Assembly: GCA_016926255.1 (NCBI GenBank)
Contig: JAFGOY010000011.1
Coordinates: 70,399 to 134,398 of the forward strand
Source of the DNA: Anaerolineae bacterium
GTDB taxonomy: Bacteria; Chloroflexota; Anaerolineae; Aggregatilineales; UBA3940
Length of the DNA stretch: 64,000 bases
Direction: 5' to 3'
Part shown: piece by piece, positions 1 through 15,000 of the stretch
Layout: each line of letters starts with the position of its first letter
How positions within the stretch are numbered: the stretch's first letter is position 1
Program-made: the position numbers and the translations under genes
The notes under the pieces: model-generated
The model's input: the letters and a program-made list of their open reading frames with translations, nothing else
The model's database searches: none
Told to the model about the DNA's origin: nothing

Positions 1-2
1 CC

Positions 3-3000
3 GGCAGCGGCAGCGGCCCATCGATCTTCGAGCACTTCACTGGCTTCGACGCTGATACAATCGTGATTGGCCTCGACGCGGTTTCTGACGTCTATTTCAA
101 GGGGTTGGAGAACGGCGCAGCAGGCACCAGTATCCTGACTTCCGGACTGCCCTTCATCGAGCAAAGTGTGGTCGATCTGCTTGGCCTTCGTGACAACTTC
201 ATCCCGATTTTGCAGGAGATCGCCAGTAAAGAGAACCTGACGCTTGGTGCGCTCAGTGCCAACATGCGCGGCCTCTTCGGTGATGCCAATGTCGCTTTCT
301 CCTATGATGGCGGCGGTGCTGGCTCTCTGCCTGCCCTTATGCTCAATCTGGCCTACCGGGTCATTGACGATATCAGCATCCCGCTCGACGTTTACCTCGA
401 AAAGATGGTCAACCTCTCCCCGACCCCCGGTCTGGAGAATCTGGCGGAGATCGAACGGCTGATCGGCGTCAACAGCGCCGGGGATGTCAACATCCACGTC
501 AACGCGCTGCTCGACCTGGTCTTCGGCATCCAGTTCGAGGATGACTACAACGGCGATGGGAGCGCCACCACCGACGACACCGATTACGCGCCCTTCCTTT
601 ATACGGGTGCCGGGGGCAGCAAGCTTACCGCCGACGTCAATATCACCGGTTCCGACCTTGACTTCATGGCCCAGATGGGGGCGATGACGATCACGGTGCA
701 GGATGGTTCGGCCACGCTGAACGCCTCCTTCGAAACGACCCTCTCCGACGGCGATGACGAGCGGGTGTACCTGCTCGACCGGGGTGCGGGAACCGTCGAA
801 GACCCTTACCGGTATGGCATCGACGGCTCTCCTGACTACGCTGCCTTCTGGGGCGAGATCACCTCTCAGAACGATGCGGTATCGGTCACCGGCACACCAA
901 GCGCCTACCTGCACATGTTCAACAGCAGCGGCGAAGATATCGGTGAGTTGGAGATCGAGATCAGCAGTCTGGAAAACTACCTGAACAATGCCAGCCCGGC
1001 GGTCTCATTCCCAACCAACACTGTCGATAGAGACGCTCTTTCAGCCGGTATCAGCGTGCTGACGCTGCTGATGAACGGCGACGTGGTAATCGACGGGCTG
1101 GAACTGCTGCTCGACTATTATCAGCAGGCATTGAACGAGGTAGTCTACTATCCCGATGGCCGCGACCTGATCCCGATCATCGGCAATGCGCTGCTGACCG
1201 AGCAGATCGCACAGTTCGTCGAGAACTTCAAGGACGACCTGCTGGCCTATCTCTCATACCTCTTGCCCGGCGCGGAGGAAACCACCGTCGTCGATATCGT
1301 CAAGGATACGCTGTGGCGCGTGTTTGGCGACAGCAACCTCACCTACAACGACGGTTTGGGTGGAATTTACGGCGACCTCAACATCCTGGGAGACACCGAC
1401 GGCGATGGCGGCATCGACACCGACGACGTCCAGGTTTACGGTGACGGCGGACTGGGCGTCTGCCAGGCTGGCGACGATGCCTGCTATTATGAGATGCTGC
1501 TCGAAGGCGCAATGACCGTGCTGATCCCCTTCGACCTGGGTATTCCGTCGCTGAAGATCACCGATTTCACGCAGTCGAGCAGCGATACGGCAGACCCGCT
1601 GTGGGTGGCGCTTGAGTTCTCCTGGGCGCTGCTGTTCAGCTTCGGGGTGAGCATTACCGACGGCTTCTTCGTCAATACCCATACCGACGATATTTCCTCT
1701 GCCAACCATACCGACGATGACGAGATCAATATCGAAGTCCGCGCCTATATTTTCGAAGCGGGAATGACCTGGGCCAACCTCGATCCGGATGATGCCGGGA
1801 AGACCGGCGTCGACCTGGCCACTCAGCCTGCCGGGGCGAAAATGTGGGTGATTCCCTGCCGCGTTGACTTCTCGCTGGGGCCCAATTACAGCTATACGAT
1901 TTTGAGCGAGGGCGAACGGACGAACGTCCCGATCCTCGATTACCCGTATTACGCCGCTACCGGCATCCTCACGACTGAAAACAACGAGAACAACATGCCC
2001 GGCGGCTGGGACGATATGCCCGACGACCCGGACGACGAAGTAAACGCCGACGACGACTCGCCCGGCACCTACCTCTACATCAACTGGTCGGTCGACCTGG
2101 TCGACCCCAGCGGCGAAGGTCAACTGACCTTCACCGAACTGTTGTCAAAGTCAACCGAGGCTGAAGACCTGGTGCATGTGACGATGAGCGATGGCTCAGG
2201 CGTCCGCATCAAGTTCGATATTCAGACAGCGGTCGACTACTTTGTACAGTATCTCGGTCTCGACCCCGACACCCCGCTCATCCCGGCGATGGGTATGTCG
2301 ATGTTCATCACCTGGGACCTCGACCCGAACCATGACGTTTTTGTTCAGGCATACCATGCTTACGTCGATGTTGGTTCGTTTATATCCGACCTGATCGGGC
2401 CGTTCTTCTCCGTTTTCAGCAATGTCCTCCAGGCATTCGACTGGCTGCTCAAGCCCACCGAACCTGACCAGGGTCTGTTATACCTGCCGCTCCCCATTAT
2501 TTCGGATTTCATGGGTGAAGATTACAGCCTGATCGACCTGATCCTGGAATTCGACATCGATCCACGCATCACGCTGGCGATTAAAGCGATTGACCTGATC
2601 AACCGGTTGGCCTGGACGGTACTCGATACCGTGCGCACGGATGAAACCACCGGTACGATGCGCTTCTACTACGGGCATTTTGACCTGTTAGGCGTGACGA
2701 CTGCCGCAAAAGGCACCTACGACGCCAGTCAAAAAGTCAATGAGAGCAGCAAGTCGATGCAATCTGCTGATATGGAGGGTTCGCCCGACGGCAAACCCTC
2801 GACGTCAGAAGTAATCGATATGCTGCTTACGGCGGCGTCTTGGGTCAGTTTCCCGATTCTTCAAGACCCCAATACGCTGATCTACCTGTTGATGGGCGAT
2901 TACGAGAAGATCACGATGCTCTCGGTCAACCTGCCGAAGCTCGAATTTGACTTCATGTTCGGCGGCGAGTTTGCCATCTTCCCGCCGCTGTATGTCGACC

Positions 3001-6000
3001 TGCACCTCGGTTTTGGCGCGGCAATCGAAATGGGCTGGGGGTACGATGCCTACGGGCTGGTCAAGATGGTGCAGTCCGGCAACCCGCTTGACCTTATCGA
3101 CTGCTTCTTCTTATACGATGTGAATCCTGAAACCGGCGAAGACCGGCCCGAACTGACGCTTTATGGCGAGTTGGTCGCCGGAGCGTCGCTCGACGTGGTC
3201 GTAGCGAAAGCGGGGGTCGAAGGTGGTCTGGTCACCGAGGTTGAATTCAACCTGTACGACCCCGACGGTGACGGTCGGGTGCGCATGTCCGACTTTATTT
3301 ACATCATAGAGGAGTCGGCCAGCCTCTTCGACGTGTCGTTCACCGGGCGCTGGTACTTCAAAGCATACATTGAAGTCCTGTGGGGCCTGTGGAGTGAAGA
3401 GCTTTACCTGGGCGAAGGCACACTGTTCGAACTGGAACTTGAGCAGTCGCCGGTACCGTTCCTGGCTACCCTGAACGAAGATACCGGCGAGCTGCGGCTC
3501 AACATCGGCACCAATGCCTCCGACCGCGTTTACTACAACATTGACGATGGTGACGAGCGCTACTACCTGACCCAGTCCGGTGGCACGATTACAATCTGGT
3601 ACGACGGCAACAACGATGGTGACCTTGACGATAACCTCCAGGACGACTTCCACCGCGAATATACCGGCGTGACCAACATTGTCGGCTATGCCGGTAACGG
3701 CAACGATATTGTCCGGGCGGACGGGATCGGGCCGGATGGCGTCACCTTGCTGGGCGGTGCGGTCACCGTGCCGTTCGAACTGCGCGGCGGCCTGGGCAAT
3801 GATATCCTGATCGGAGGGAGCGGCGACGACGAGATTTACGGCGATCCGGGCAATGACGAAATTTACGGATCGGATGGTGCCGATTCCCTGTACGGCAACG
3901 AGGGCAACGATACGCTGTACGGTAACGCTGGACATGACGTGCTGTATGGACATTCCGGAAATGACTCCGTAAGCGGCGGTGTCGGTGATGACACCATCAA
4001 CGGTGGTGAGAACAACGACCTGCTGTACGGCGGTGACGGTGATGATACGTTCGAGTTTGACGCCAACTGGGGCTACGACAAAGTCGACGATGACGGCGGC
4101 ACCGACATCTGGGACTTCTCCTCGCTGCGGGCCGATATCAACGTGTTCGTCGACAATGACTCCGGCGGCGTGGCCCGTACGGTTGCGGCACAGCTGTCCT
4201 CACCGATTGCCGATGAATCAACCCCGCCGACCCCGGTCGATCCTGACCCCGGTGACAGCACCTCGTTCCTGGCAGCTACCCCGGCCAGCCCGTTGAGCGG
4301 CGTATCGCTGCCGTTGAACTACGTCTGGTACGAACAGCTTGGGGCCGCGCCCGGCGCAGATGGCTTCCATATCGAAAAGTTCGTGGGCGGCTACGGCTCC
4401 GACAGCTTCCACATTAGCTACGAAAATACCGTCGATCAGGCTACCGGCCTGCCCCAGACGATGACCGTCACGCTGGATGGCTACAAAGGGTCAGATGACT
4501 ACATCGTCCACTTCAACGAAAATGCCCTGGTCGCGACGTTCAACGTCGTGATCAACGATACCGGCAACATCTGGAACCACGACGTAGCGATTGCCTACGG
4601 CACCGATCTTGACGACGATGCAGCCAACAACCGTATCATCAATCTGACCGAGCAGCAGGTCTGGATGGACATCCAGGCGTTTACGTACTCACAGAACCCG
4701 CCCGGCAGCGGAGACCCGGCAACCATCGAAGCGGTTGAAGTCTACGGGCAGGACGGCGACGACGATATCTACGTCCACAGCACCTATGGACGGCTGGCCG
4801 TCAACGGCGATCCCGCCCCAGAGAAGATCATCAATGCGCTGGTGTGCGGCGAAAACGGCAGCGACCTGGTATGGGTCGGGCAGCAGTATCCCAGCTACAC
4901 CCCCGGCAGCCCGCCCAACAACATCCCGTCAGCAGCATCTGATGACAGCGCGATCACACTCGACGACATCAACAGCCAGCTTGTTGTCCGCGATGGTGGT
5001 ACCGATGTGGGCAGCGACGACTGGCTGATTATCGATGACAGCGGTGACATAAACGGCACCGAGCAGCCCGGCGAACTGACCGATACCTGGCTCACCGGCC
5101 TGGAATTGGACTACGGCATCAATTACAACGGGCAGGAAAACATCGAACTGCGGATGGGGCCGAGCGCCGACGTGCTCGACGTGACCCGCACACATGACGG
5201 CGACACGCTGATTTACGGCGGCTGGGGTGCTGACATTATCCGGCTGGCCGATGCCGTTACGCTGCGCGGTTTCATCGACGGGGCCGATCACAGCGATACA
5301 GTCGACGGGGCCGGTAACGCCAACGACAACGATACACTTGACTACAGCGCCTACACGACGCCGCTGCACTTCTATCTCGATGATATCAGCATGCTGGCGG
5401 GTGGTACCGTTCAGAACGGCTTCTACGGACGTGAGGTCGGCTTCCCTGGCTTCGGCTACACCCTCGACGAGGCGACGCTCCAGGGCTGGGACGACGCGGC
5501 CATGACCGCTTTCGAAGGGTTCTTTACCCACATTAATACGCTGATCGGCGGTGCGGTCGATATGACGACTGGCCTGCTTCACGCCGATACGCTCACCATT
5601 GACCGTGACCTGAAAGATACCGCCACCGGTGACGACCGCGCGGCGGCGATCTGGGCAATCCAGCAGGTAATCGACGGTGTCGATGTGATGGCCTCGACCT
5701 TCAATACATACAGCCACCTGGACGATGCTCGTCTCATCGACCAGATACTCGCTTTCCTCAAGATCGAGACGATTGAGGCCGGTGACGAGGACGACACATT
5801 CACCCTCACCGGCACGCAGGCAGGCAATATCTACGGCAATGCCGACGACGACGCCTTCCGATTCAATGATGGCGCGACCTTCGACGGCCTGCTTGACGGC
5901 TCCGGCGGTGGTAACACGCTCAACTTCAAGCCATACACCACGCCAATCGAGGTTGATCTGACCACCGGCACCGCGCTGGCGGGTGGCGTTACGACTGTGG

Positions 6001-9000
6001 TTGCCAATATCCTGGCGATTGTCGGCGGCCTGGCAGATGACGTCCTCACCGGCGACAACGGCGATAACATTATCATCGGCAACGGCGGCAGCGACATCAT
6101 GACCGGCGGCACCGGGGCCGATATCTACGGTTTCGAAGATGGCTGGGGCATCAACGATCAAGTCATCGAAGCGACCTTCGGCGATGGTGATACATTTGAC
6201 TTCTCGGCACAGTACGCCGCGCTGACCTTCGACCTGCAAAGCCTTGACGGTACGTTCGCCAACTTCCAGGCAGCGGCGGTGGCGGTGGTCTTCACGATTT
6301 ACACGGTGGGCAGCGCGTTGGTCGCCACCGACTCGACCAATACGGTCACCCACAACGGCATCAACGTCGAAAACCTGATCGGCGGCACGGGAGACGACGA
6401 CTTCATCTTCCGCACTGACGGCGTTTTAGGCGGCACCATTCAGGGCTTCACCGGGCACGATACGCTCGATTACTCAGCTTACGATACCGCGCGCCTGCTG
6501 CATCTGACAGGGATCGGCACCAACGATGGATTCATGGGGCTTGACGAGACGTTGAGCGGGGCCAGCACCACCGGTTTCGACGACATCGACGAAATTGTCG
6601 GCACCGCCGAATACGACCGTCTGACCGGTCTTGACGAAATAGCTACCTGGACAGTCGATGGGACGAATACCTACGAAAGCAGCACACGCGATCTTGATTT
6701 CTCGGCCATTGACGAACTGTTCGGCGGCAACCAGGTTGATACTTTCATCGTTGACGGTGATCAGACGGAAGACCTGCGCGGTGGCCTGAATGCCGACATC
6801 TTCGTCTTCATGGACGACTCGCACCTGACCGGCAATGTCGATGGCAATTCAGGTGCCGACTGGCTTGACTTCTCCGACTACAACGACGACCTGACCGTCG
6901 TCCTGTGGACGGGTGAAGCCTACCAGACAACCGGCCCGGTCGGCGTGATCAACGACGGCAGCCCCGGCGGGTTCACCAATATCATGAACCTGATCGGCGG
7001 CCAGGGTGATGACATCCTGACCGGTGATGTGTGGAATAACATCATCGAGGGCCAGGGCGGAGCCGACCAGATCAACGGTATGGAAGGCAATGACACGCTG
7101 ATCGGCGGCGATGGCGACGACACCTACCACTTCCGGCCCGACTGGGGCGATGACGTGGTCACCGAAGCAGCAGGCGGCGGGAATGATACGCTCGACCTGT
7201 CGCTGATCGACGACCCTCTGACCTTCGAAATCTACGCAGGCCAGATATTTGTCAGCGACACGCTCGGCAACAGCATCGACCATACCCGCGCACCGCCCGA
7301 AATCGAGAACCTGATCGGTGGCCCGCAGGACGATACCTTCGTCTTCGTCGATGACGACCCCAACGCACGGATCACCGGCACGATAGACGGTCGCGGTCAC
7401 GTTCTGGGCGATACGCTCGATTACGTGAATTACACTACCACTGCCGTGACAGTCGACCTCTCCACCGGGGCAGCGACCCGCACCGGCGGCATTATCCTCG
7501 ACAGTGTTGAAAACATTATAGGCGGCGACCAGAACGATACGCTCACCGGCGATGATCGAGACAACGTGATCACCGGCGGCCCCGGCGATGACAGTATCGA
7601 CGGGCTCCTGGGCAGCGATACCTTCGACGAGAGTGCGGCCACCGGCCTCGACATGGTGGTGAACCTGATCACCGGCACCTCGACCGGGAACGGCTCGGAT
7701 ACCCTCGCCAGCATTGAGAACGTCATCACCAGCGATGGCAGTGACCAGATTACCGGCGACGACAACGACAACACGCTGAACGGCGGCGCGGGCGACGATA
7801 CCTACTTCTTCTACGACAACTTCGGCACCGACAGCATTGTCGAGGCAGTCGGCGGCGGCAACGATACGCTGAATTTCAGCAATTACACCACCGCCGGGGC
7901 GCTCGAATTTGCGATTGGAAACGGCACCATCGACGTCAGCGATACGCTGGGCAATAGCCTGGGCGGTGCGGTCGGCAACTTCGAGAACCTGGTCGGTAGC
8001 CAGACCGATGACCTGTTCGACTTTGGGCCGAATTCGGCGCTGACCGGCATGCTCGACGGCGCGGACGGCCACGACCGGTTCGATTACGCCGACTACCACA
8101 CCGCGATTACGGTCAATCTGGAAGACTCCTCGGCGACCGGTATTAACGGTGGGCTGGCGAACGGCTTCTTTAATATGGAAGGGCTGATCGGAACCACCGC
8201 CTACGACGACGAATTGATCGGTGAGAATATCGACACCCAGTGGACACAGACTGCACTCGATACGGGCACGCTCGACAGCGCCACCTACACCGCTTTCGAT
8301 TACACTGACATCGAGAACCTGACCAGCGGCAGCGCCGACGATACCCTTACCTTCTCCGGCTTCGCCACGCCGCGCAATGTTCTGATCTATGGTGCGGGCA
8401 CGGTCGATGGCTATCGCGGTACCGAAACCAGCATCTCCGGCCAGTTCGACAACATGGACACCGTCGACGCCGACAGCACCGACGACCTCCTGGTTGGTGA
8501 GGACACAGACAACGTGTGGACGATCACCGGGGTGAATGAGGGTGATCTCAACGGTGTCGCATTCTTCGGTATGGAGCACCTCCTGGGCGGCAGCCTGACC
8601 GACCGCTTCTTCTTCCAGAACGACGCGGCAGAGATTACCGGCACCATCACCGGTGGCGACGGTACCGACACGCTCGATTACGGCGGCACGGTCGCGGACG
8701 GCGTCACCTTTGACGTGACGATCAGCCTGGAAGACTTCTCGGCGACGGCGATCAACGGCGGGCTGGCGAATGGCTTCTCCGATATCGAGTATTTCTATGG
8801 CGGCGATGCCGACGACACGCTCATCAGCGCCAACGTATTTAACCAGTGGTACGTTTATGACACCGGGAGAGGGTCCGTTGCGGGGACAGTCTTCTGGTCG
8901 ATTGAGAACCTGGTCGGCGGCACTGACAGGGACGATCTCCGGTTTGAATATTACGGCTCCGGGCGTGACTTTGTCTTAACCGATTTTGGTACCGTCGACG

Positions 9001-12000
9001 GCTTCCAGGGCAATGTTCCGGGCACACTGACCAGCTTCGATAACATGAACACGTTGATGGGCACCCTGTTTGACGACACCATCACCGGTGTAGACGCCGC
9101 CGTCAGCGCGACGACCCTCTGGAGCATCCAGCCGGGCGCTGTTGGCAATATTGCGTACACGGCAGGCCCCCGCTGGTTCGTCGTCAATGGTGTCGAGAAC
9201 CTGACCGGTGGCAGCGCCGACGACCGTTTCGTCATTGACGAAGGTGGGAGCCTCGCTGGTGTCATCGACGGCGGTGCGGGCTACGATACACTCGCCTATG
9301 CCTTCAACGCGACCCCGGTTACCGTCGATCTGGGAGCGGGCACAGCGACCGCCACGGGCGGCATTGTCAGCGCCAGCCTCGAAAGCGTAAGCGGCGGCTC
9401 GCTGCCCACCGACACGCTGGTCGGCCCGAACGATGCCAACGACTGGCACATTACCGCAAACAATGCGGGTGACATCGACGGCGCGGGCGTGTTTGACTTC
9501 ACCAGCTTCGAGAACCTGACCGGCGGCACGGATGCCGACAGCTTCATCTTCAGCGATGGCTTCGGGGTGACGGGTATCATCGATCCGGGCGCGGGTTACG
9601 ATACACTGGATTACAGCGATTACTCGACCGGTGTGACGGTTGACCTGGACCTGTTGGCGGGTACGGCGACCGCTACCGGCGGGCTGGTTTCCGCTAACCT
9701 CGAAAACCTGATCGGCAGCCCGACCGACGACGACCACCTGATCGGCTCTGACGTAAATGCCGACTGGCATATCACCGCCAATGATGCGGGCGATATCGGC
9801 GGGGCGGGCGTGTTCGACTTTACCGATGTCGAGAACCTGACCGGCAGCAGTGCCGATGATACGTTCAGCTTCACCGATATGATCGTGCTGACCGGCGCGG
9901 TCGATGGCGGCGCGGGCTACGATACGCTCGACATGACCGGCTATGTGACTGCCTGGCTGGTCTTCACCCTCGACGCAGAAGGCAGCCTCGGCGACAGTGG
10001 CTACGCCGGAACGGTGCGCCAGTACGTCGAAGCGACCGGGCCGCTGGTAATGGAAAGCTTCGACAACGTCGACGCGCTGCTCGGCAGCAGCCACCCGACC
10101 CACGACGAGTTGATCGCCAGCATCGGCAACAGCCACTGGACAATCCAGGCACCGCCGCATCGCTACCAGTTAGACGGATCGGCCAGCACGCTAGACTTCA
10201 ACTTCATCGAGGAAGTCAAGAGCCGCCTGGCCTCGGTCGATGTCTTTACCATCACCGGCAACCTGACCGGCACGCCGATTGAACTGTACGGCGGCCCCGG
10301 CATCGACCACTTTATTTTCAACGACGGCGCAATCCTGGAAGGCCAGGCGGTCGGCCAGGGTGGTGACGATATCCTCGACTTCAGCGCGTTCAGCGCCGCC
10401 AACCCGGTTACCGTCGACCTGTTCAACAAGAGCTCGTCGCAGGTGATCGGCACGGTCGACATGTTCCACACCGTGATCGGCGGCGATGGCGACGACATAC
10501 TCATCGGCGACAACAGCTCGAACCGGCTGGTCGGCGGCCCCGGCGATGACCTGCTGGCCGGGCGTGAAGGCTCCGACGTCTACGCCTTCGACGATGGCTG
10601 GAGCACGGCGGCTGGCGATGTTATCGACGAGACGCTTGAACTGGTCGGTGGTGACACGCTCGACTTCTCGGCGGTGGATGCCGGGAACGACCTGCTGTTC
10701 GACTTCCAGCCGACGAATATGACGGTCACCTCGACGGGCGGCAGCCTGCTCACCTACAACGGTACGCTGATCGAAAACATGATCGGCGGCGCGGGCGACG
10801 ATACTTTCGCCTTCACCGGGACGGCAGCCATCGCCGGCATGATCTACGGTCGCGGCCACACTGCCGGGATCGGCGATACGCTCGATTACACGGCCTACGG
10901 GAGCGGCGTCACCGTCAACCTGACCACCGGCACGGCGACCGGCACCGGCGGCATCAGCGAGATCGAAAACGTGCTTGGCTCTGCCCAGTCCGATACGATT
11001 ACCGGTGACGGCAGCGACAACGATCTCGACGGCGGTGCAGGCGACGATACCTACATCTTCCTGAATAACTGGGGCATCGACGAGGTCATCGAGGCGGCTG
11101 GCGGCGGCAACGACACGCTCGACTTCAGCGCGGTGACGCTCCACAACCTCGATGCGGTCATCGGCGTCGATCAACTGCTGATCACCGGCGACGCCAACAG
11201 CGTGACCCACAACGGCACCCCGGCAACCGCCATCTACGTCGAGAACCTGATCGGCGGCGCGGGCAATGACCGCTTCGCACTGCTCGACGGGGCGACGCTG
11301 GCCGGAACTATCGACGCGCAGGGCGGCACCGATACGCTCGATTACACCGATTACTCGACCGGCGTGACGGCCAATCTGCTCACCCGCACGGGCGATCATA
11401 TTAACGGCGGCGCGGCGGATGGCGTGGTCGGTTTCGAAAACCTCTACGGCGGCCAGGGCAGCGATACGCTGACCGGTGACAATGGCAACAACGTTCTGCG
11501 TGGCGGTGCAGGCGACGACACCATCAACGGCGGCCTGGGCACCGATACCTTCGACGAATCGACCGTTGCCACCACTATTATCGTCGACCTGACCCTGCCT
11601 GCGGGCCAGGCAACCGGCATTGACATCGGCACGGACGACCTGATCAGCATCGAGAACGTCACCACCGGTTCGGGCAATGACACGATCACCGGGAACGTCG
11701 GCGCGAACGTACTGACGGGCGGCGCTGGCGACGACACCTACATTTTCATCGCTAACTGGGGCAGCGACACGCTAGTCGAACTGGCGGGCGGCGGCGACGA
11801 TACCTTCGACTTCTCGGCGGCGGGCGGCGCGACCTTTGCCTTCAGCCCGACCGCGCTGGCCGTCACCGGCACGGGCGGATCGCTCAACGTGGCTGGTCTG
11901 ACGATTGAAAACCTGCTCGGCGGCGACAATTTCGACACGATTACCTTCGCCGGTTACACGAACGATATCGAAGCCTCGCTGCTGGCAACCAGCCCCAACC

Positions 12001-15000
12001 CCGATGGCTTTGAGGGCACCATCACCGATGCGCTGATCGCGTTCTCCGTCGACTTCTTCGACATCGAGCGGCTGATCGGCGGGCCGGGCTACGATACGCT
12101 CAACCTGATGGCCGCTGGCGGCTCGGTAACCACCGGCACGCCTTACAACGTGTACGATTACGACGCCGCCGGGACGATGTACACGCTCCAGTTCGCCGAC
12201 TTCGAGAACATGGTTGGCGGTGCGGTGAACATCTTCGACATCATCGGCAACATGGTCGGCGATATCGTCGGCGGCAGCGGCATCGACATTTTCCGCTTCC
12301 ACAATAACGCCACGCTCGACGGCTCGATCTTCGGCGGCGGCGGCTACGATCAGATCGATCTGCACCTGTACACCACTGCCCGAGAAGTGTTCATCGACGC
12401 GCTGAGCGTGCCGTCCGGCTTCTCCGGGCGTATCGCCGATATCCTGAACGGGACCTTCGATCAGATCGAGGAAATCCTCGGCAGTGCCTCCGGCGCCGAC
12501 ATCATTCACGGCATGAACGAGGCGGCTGACTGGTTCATCGACGGCACTGATACCTATACTCACGCCGGAACGGGCCGCGTCCTCAACTTCAGCAGCTTCG
12601 AGAACCTGATCGGCGGCAGCGACGACGATACGTTCAGCTTCGCCGATGGCTCGTTCGTCAGCAGCGTCAACGGTGGGGTCGGTGCGGGCTACGATACGCT
12701 CAACCTGTCACTTTCGAACGCGGTGCTGGCCTTCATCCTGACCGCCCTCGGCACCGACAACGGCTTCGCGGGGACTGTCAACGGGATGGCCTTCAACAAC
12801 CTGAACGCCGCACAGGGCGGCCTGTCGGTTGATGACAGCCTGACCGGTATGAACGCGGCAGCCGAGTGGTGGATCGACGCCATCAACCAGTACCGCAGCG
12901 GCGGGCGCACGCTTGACTTTGTCGACATCGAAGACCTGATCGGTAATGCCAACGACGATATGTTCACCTTCGCCGACGGTGCCTCGACCACCGGCAGCAT
13001 CGACGGGCGCGGGCACGTTCTGGGCGATACGCTGAACTACGAAAATTACACCGCCATCAACCCGGTTACGGTCGATCTGAGCACCGGGCTGGCAACCGGT
13101 GTTCCGGGCGGCGTGGTGCTGCTCGGTGTCGAGCACCTGATCGGCGGGCTGGGCAATGACATCCTGACCGGCGACAACCGCACCAACCAGATCACCGGCG
13201 GCCCCGGCGACGATACGCTGACCGGGCTGGGCGGCAATGATACTTACTTCTTTGACGATGGCTTCGCCGGTGCGGTCGTGGGAGATACGATCATCGAGGC
13301 GGCGGGCGGCGGCACCGACACGCTCGACTTCTCAGCCGTCGACGCGGTTACCAGCCTGCTGTTCGCACTGGGCAGCGCATCGCTGGCCGTGACCGGCGGC
13401 GGGAGCCTGGCCGGACACGCGGGAACCTTTATCGAGAACCTGATCGGCGGCCAGGGCGACGACATATTCGATTTCGGCGACGGCGCAGTGATTACCGGTA
13501 ACATCGATGGGCAGGGCGGCAGCGATACGCTCGACTATGCCGACTACAGCACCGGGCGAACGGTCACCCTGACCGGTGCGGGCAGCATCGACGGCTTTAC
13601 CGGCACCGAAGCGACCACCATCGGCGGAACATTCGACAACATTGACGATCTGGTCGGCAGCGCCGACGTCGCTGCGGTCGATACGCTCAACGGACGCAGC
13701 TTCACCTCGACCTGGCGCTTCGACTCGGTGGCTGGCGACAGCTACACCGACGAAACGATCGGGCGCACGATTGCCTTCCAGTTGTTCGACCAACTCAACG
13801 GCGGCAGCGCGGTCGATACCTTCGCCTTCCTGAATGCGGGCACGACCGATGCCAACCTCAACGGCGGCGGCGGGATTGATATACTCGACTACAGCGGCTA
13901 CGGCAGTGATGTAACGGTCACGCTGACCGGCCTGGGTGCGGGCAGCACCTTCATCGGCGCGGGCAGCACTTTTGTTGCGGGCGCAACCTTCAACAATATC
14001 GAGCGGCTCCAGGGCAGCCCCAACAACGACACCATCGCCGGGATGAATACGGCCACCACCTGGACGGTCACCGCCCCGGCAAGCACCGTCGCCAGCGGCG
14101 GTCGCACGCTGACCATCGACGCGGCGGTTGAGAATTTCCAGGGCGGCACGGCGGTCGACACCTTCAACATCACCAGCAATACCAGCGCCAACCTGTTCGG
14201 CGGCGCAGGCAACGATGCCTTTGTCTTCTCGAACGGCGTTACCCTCGACGGCGACATCGACGGCGAGACGGGCGACGACCTGCTCAACTTCGCGGCTTTC
14301 ACCACGCCGCGCAACATCCAGCTTGCCGCCGTCGGCGGCACCGATGGCTACCAGGGCACCGAAGCCGCCCTGACCGGCAGCTTCACGAATATCAACATTG
14401 TGCGCGGTCGAACCGGCAACGGCGACACGCTGTTCGGTATCGACGCCAACTCAACCTGGCTCCCGTTCGAGCGTACCTACAACCTCGATACTGCGCCGGG
14501 TACGCTGCTCACCTACCAGAACATCGACAACCTGCAAGGTGGCACGGCAGTCGATACCTTCGAAATCAACGGCGCGGCGGGGGGCAATCTCTACGGCGGC
14601 AGCGGCGACGACATCTTCGACTTCGCCAACGGCGCGAGCGTCACCGGCCTGATCGACGGCGAAGCAGGGAATGACCGGCTCGACTTCACGAATTACCTGA
14701 CCGGGCGCACCTGGACGATCATCGGGGCCGATGCCGATGGCTTCGCCGGGACGAACGCCCAGATCGGCGGCGGCTTCGACGGAATCTTTGTGCTGCGGGG
14801 CAGCGCCACCGCCACCAATGACCGGCTGAATGGTGCCAACGAGGTCGCGCAGTGGATGTTCGACGCCGACCATCGCTACAGCATTTCCGGGCAAATACTG
14901 CTGTTCGAGAACATCGAAGACCTGCACGGCGCTGACGAGGTCGACAACTTCGACCTGGTGAACGGGGTTCACACGCTCAACCTGTTCGGCGGGCTGAATG

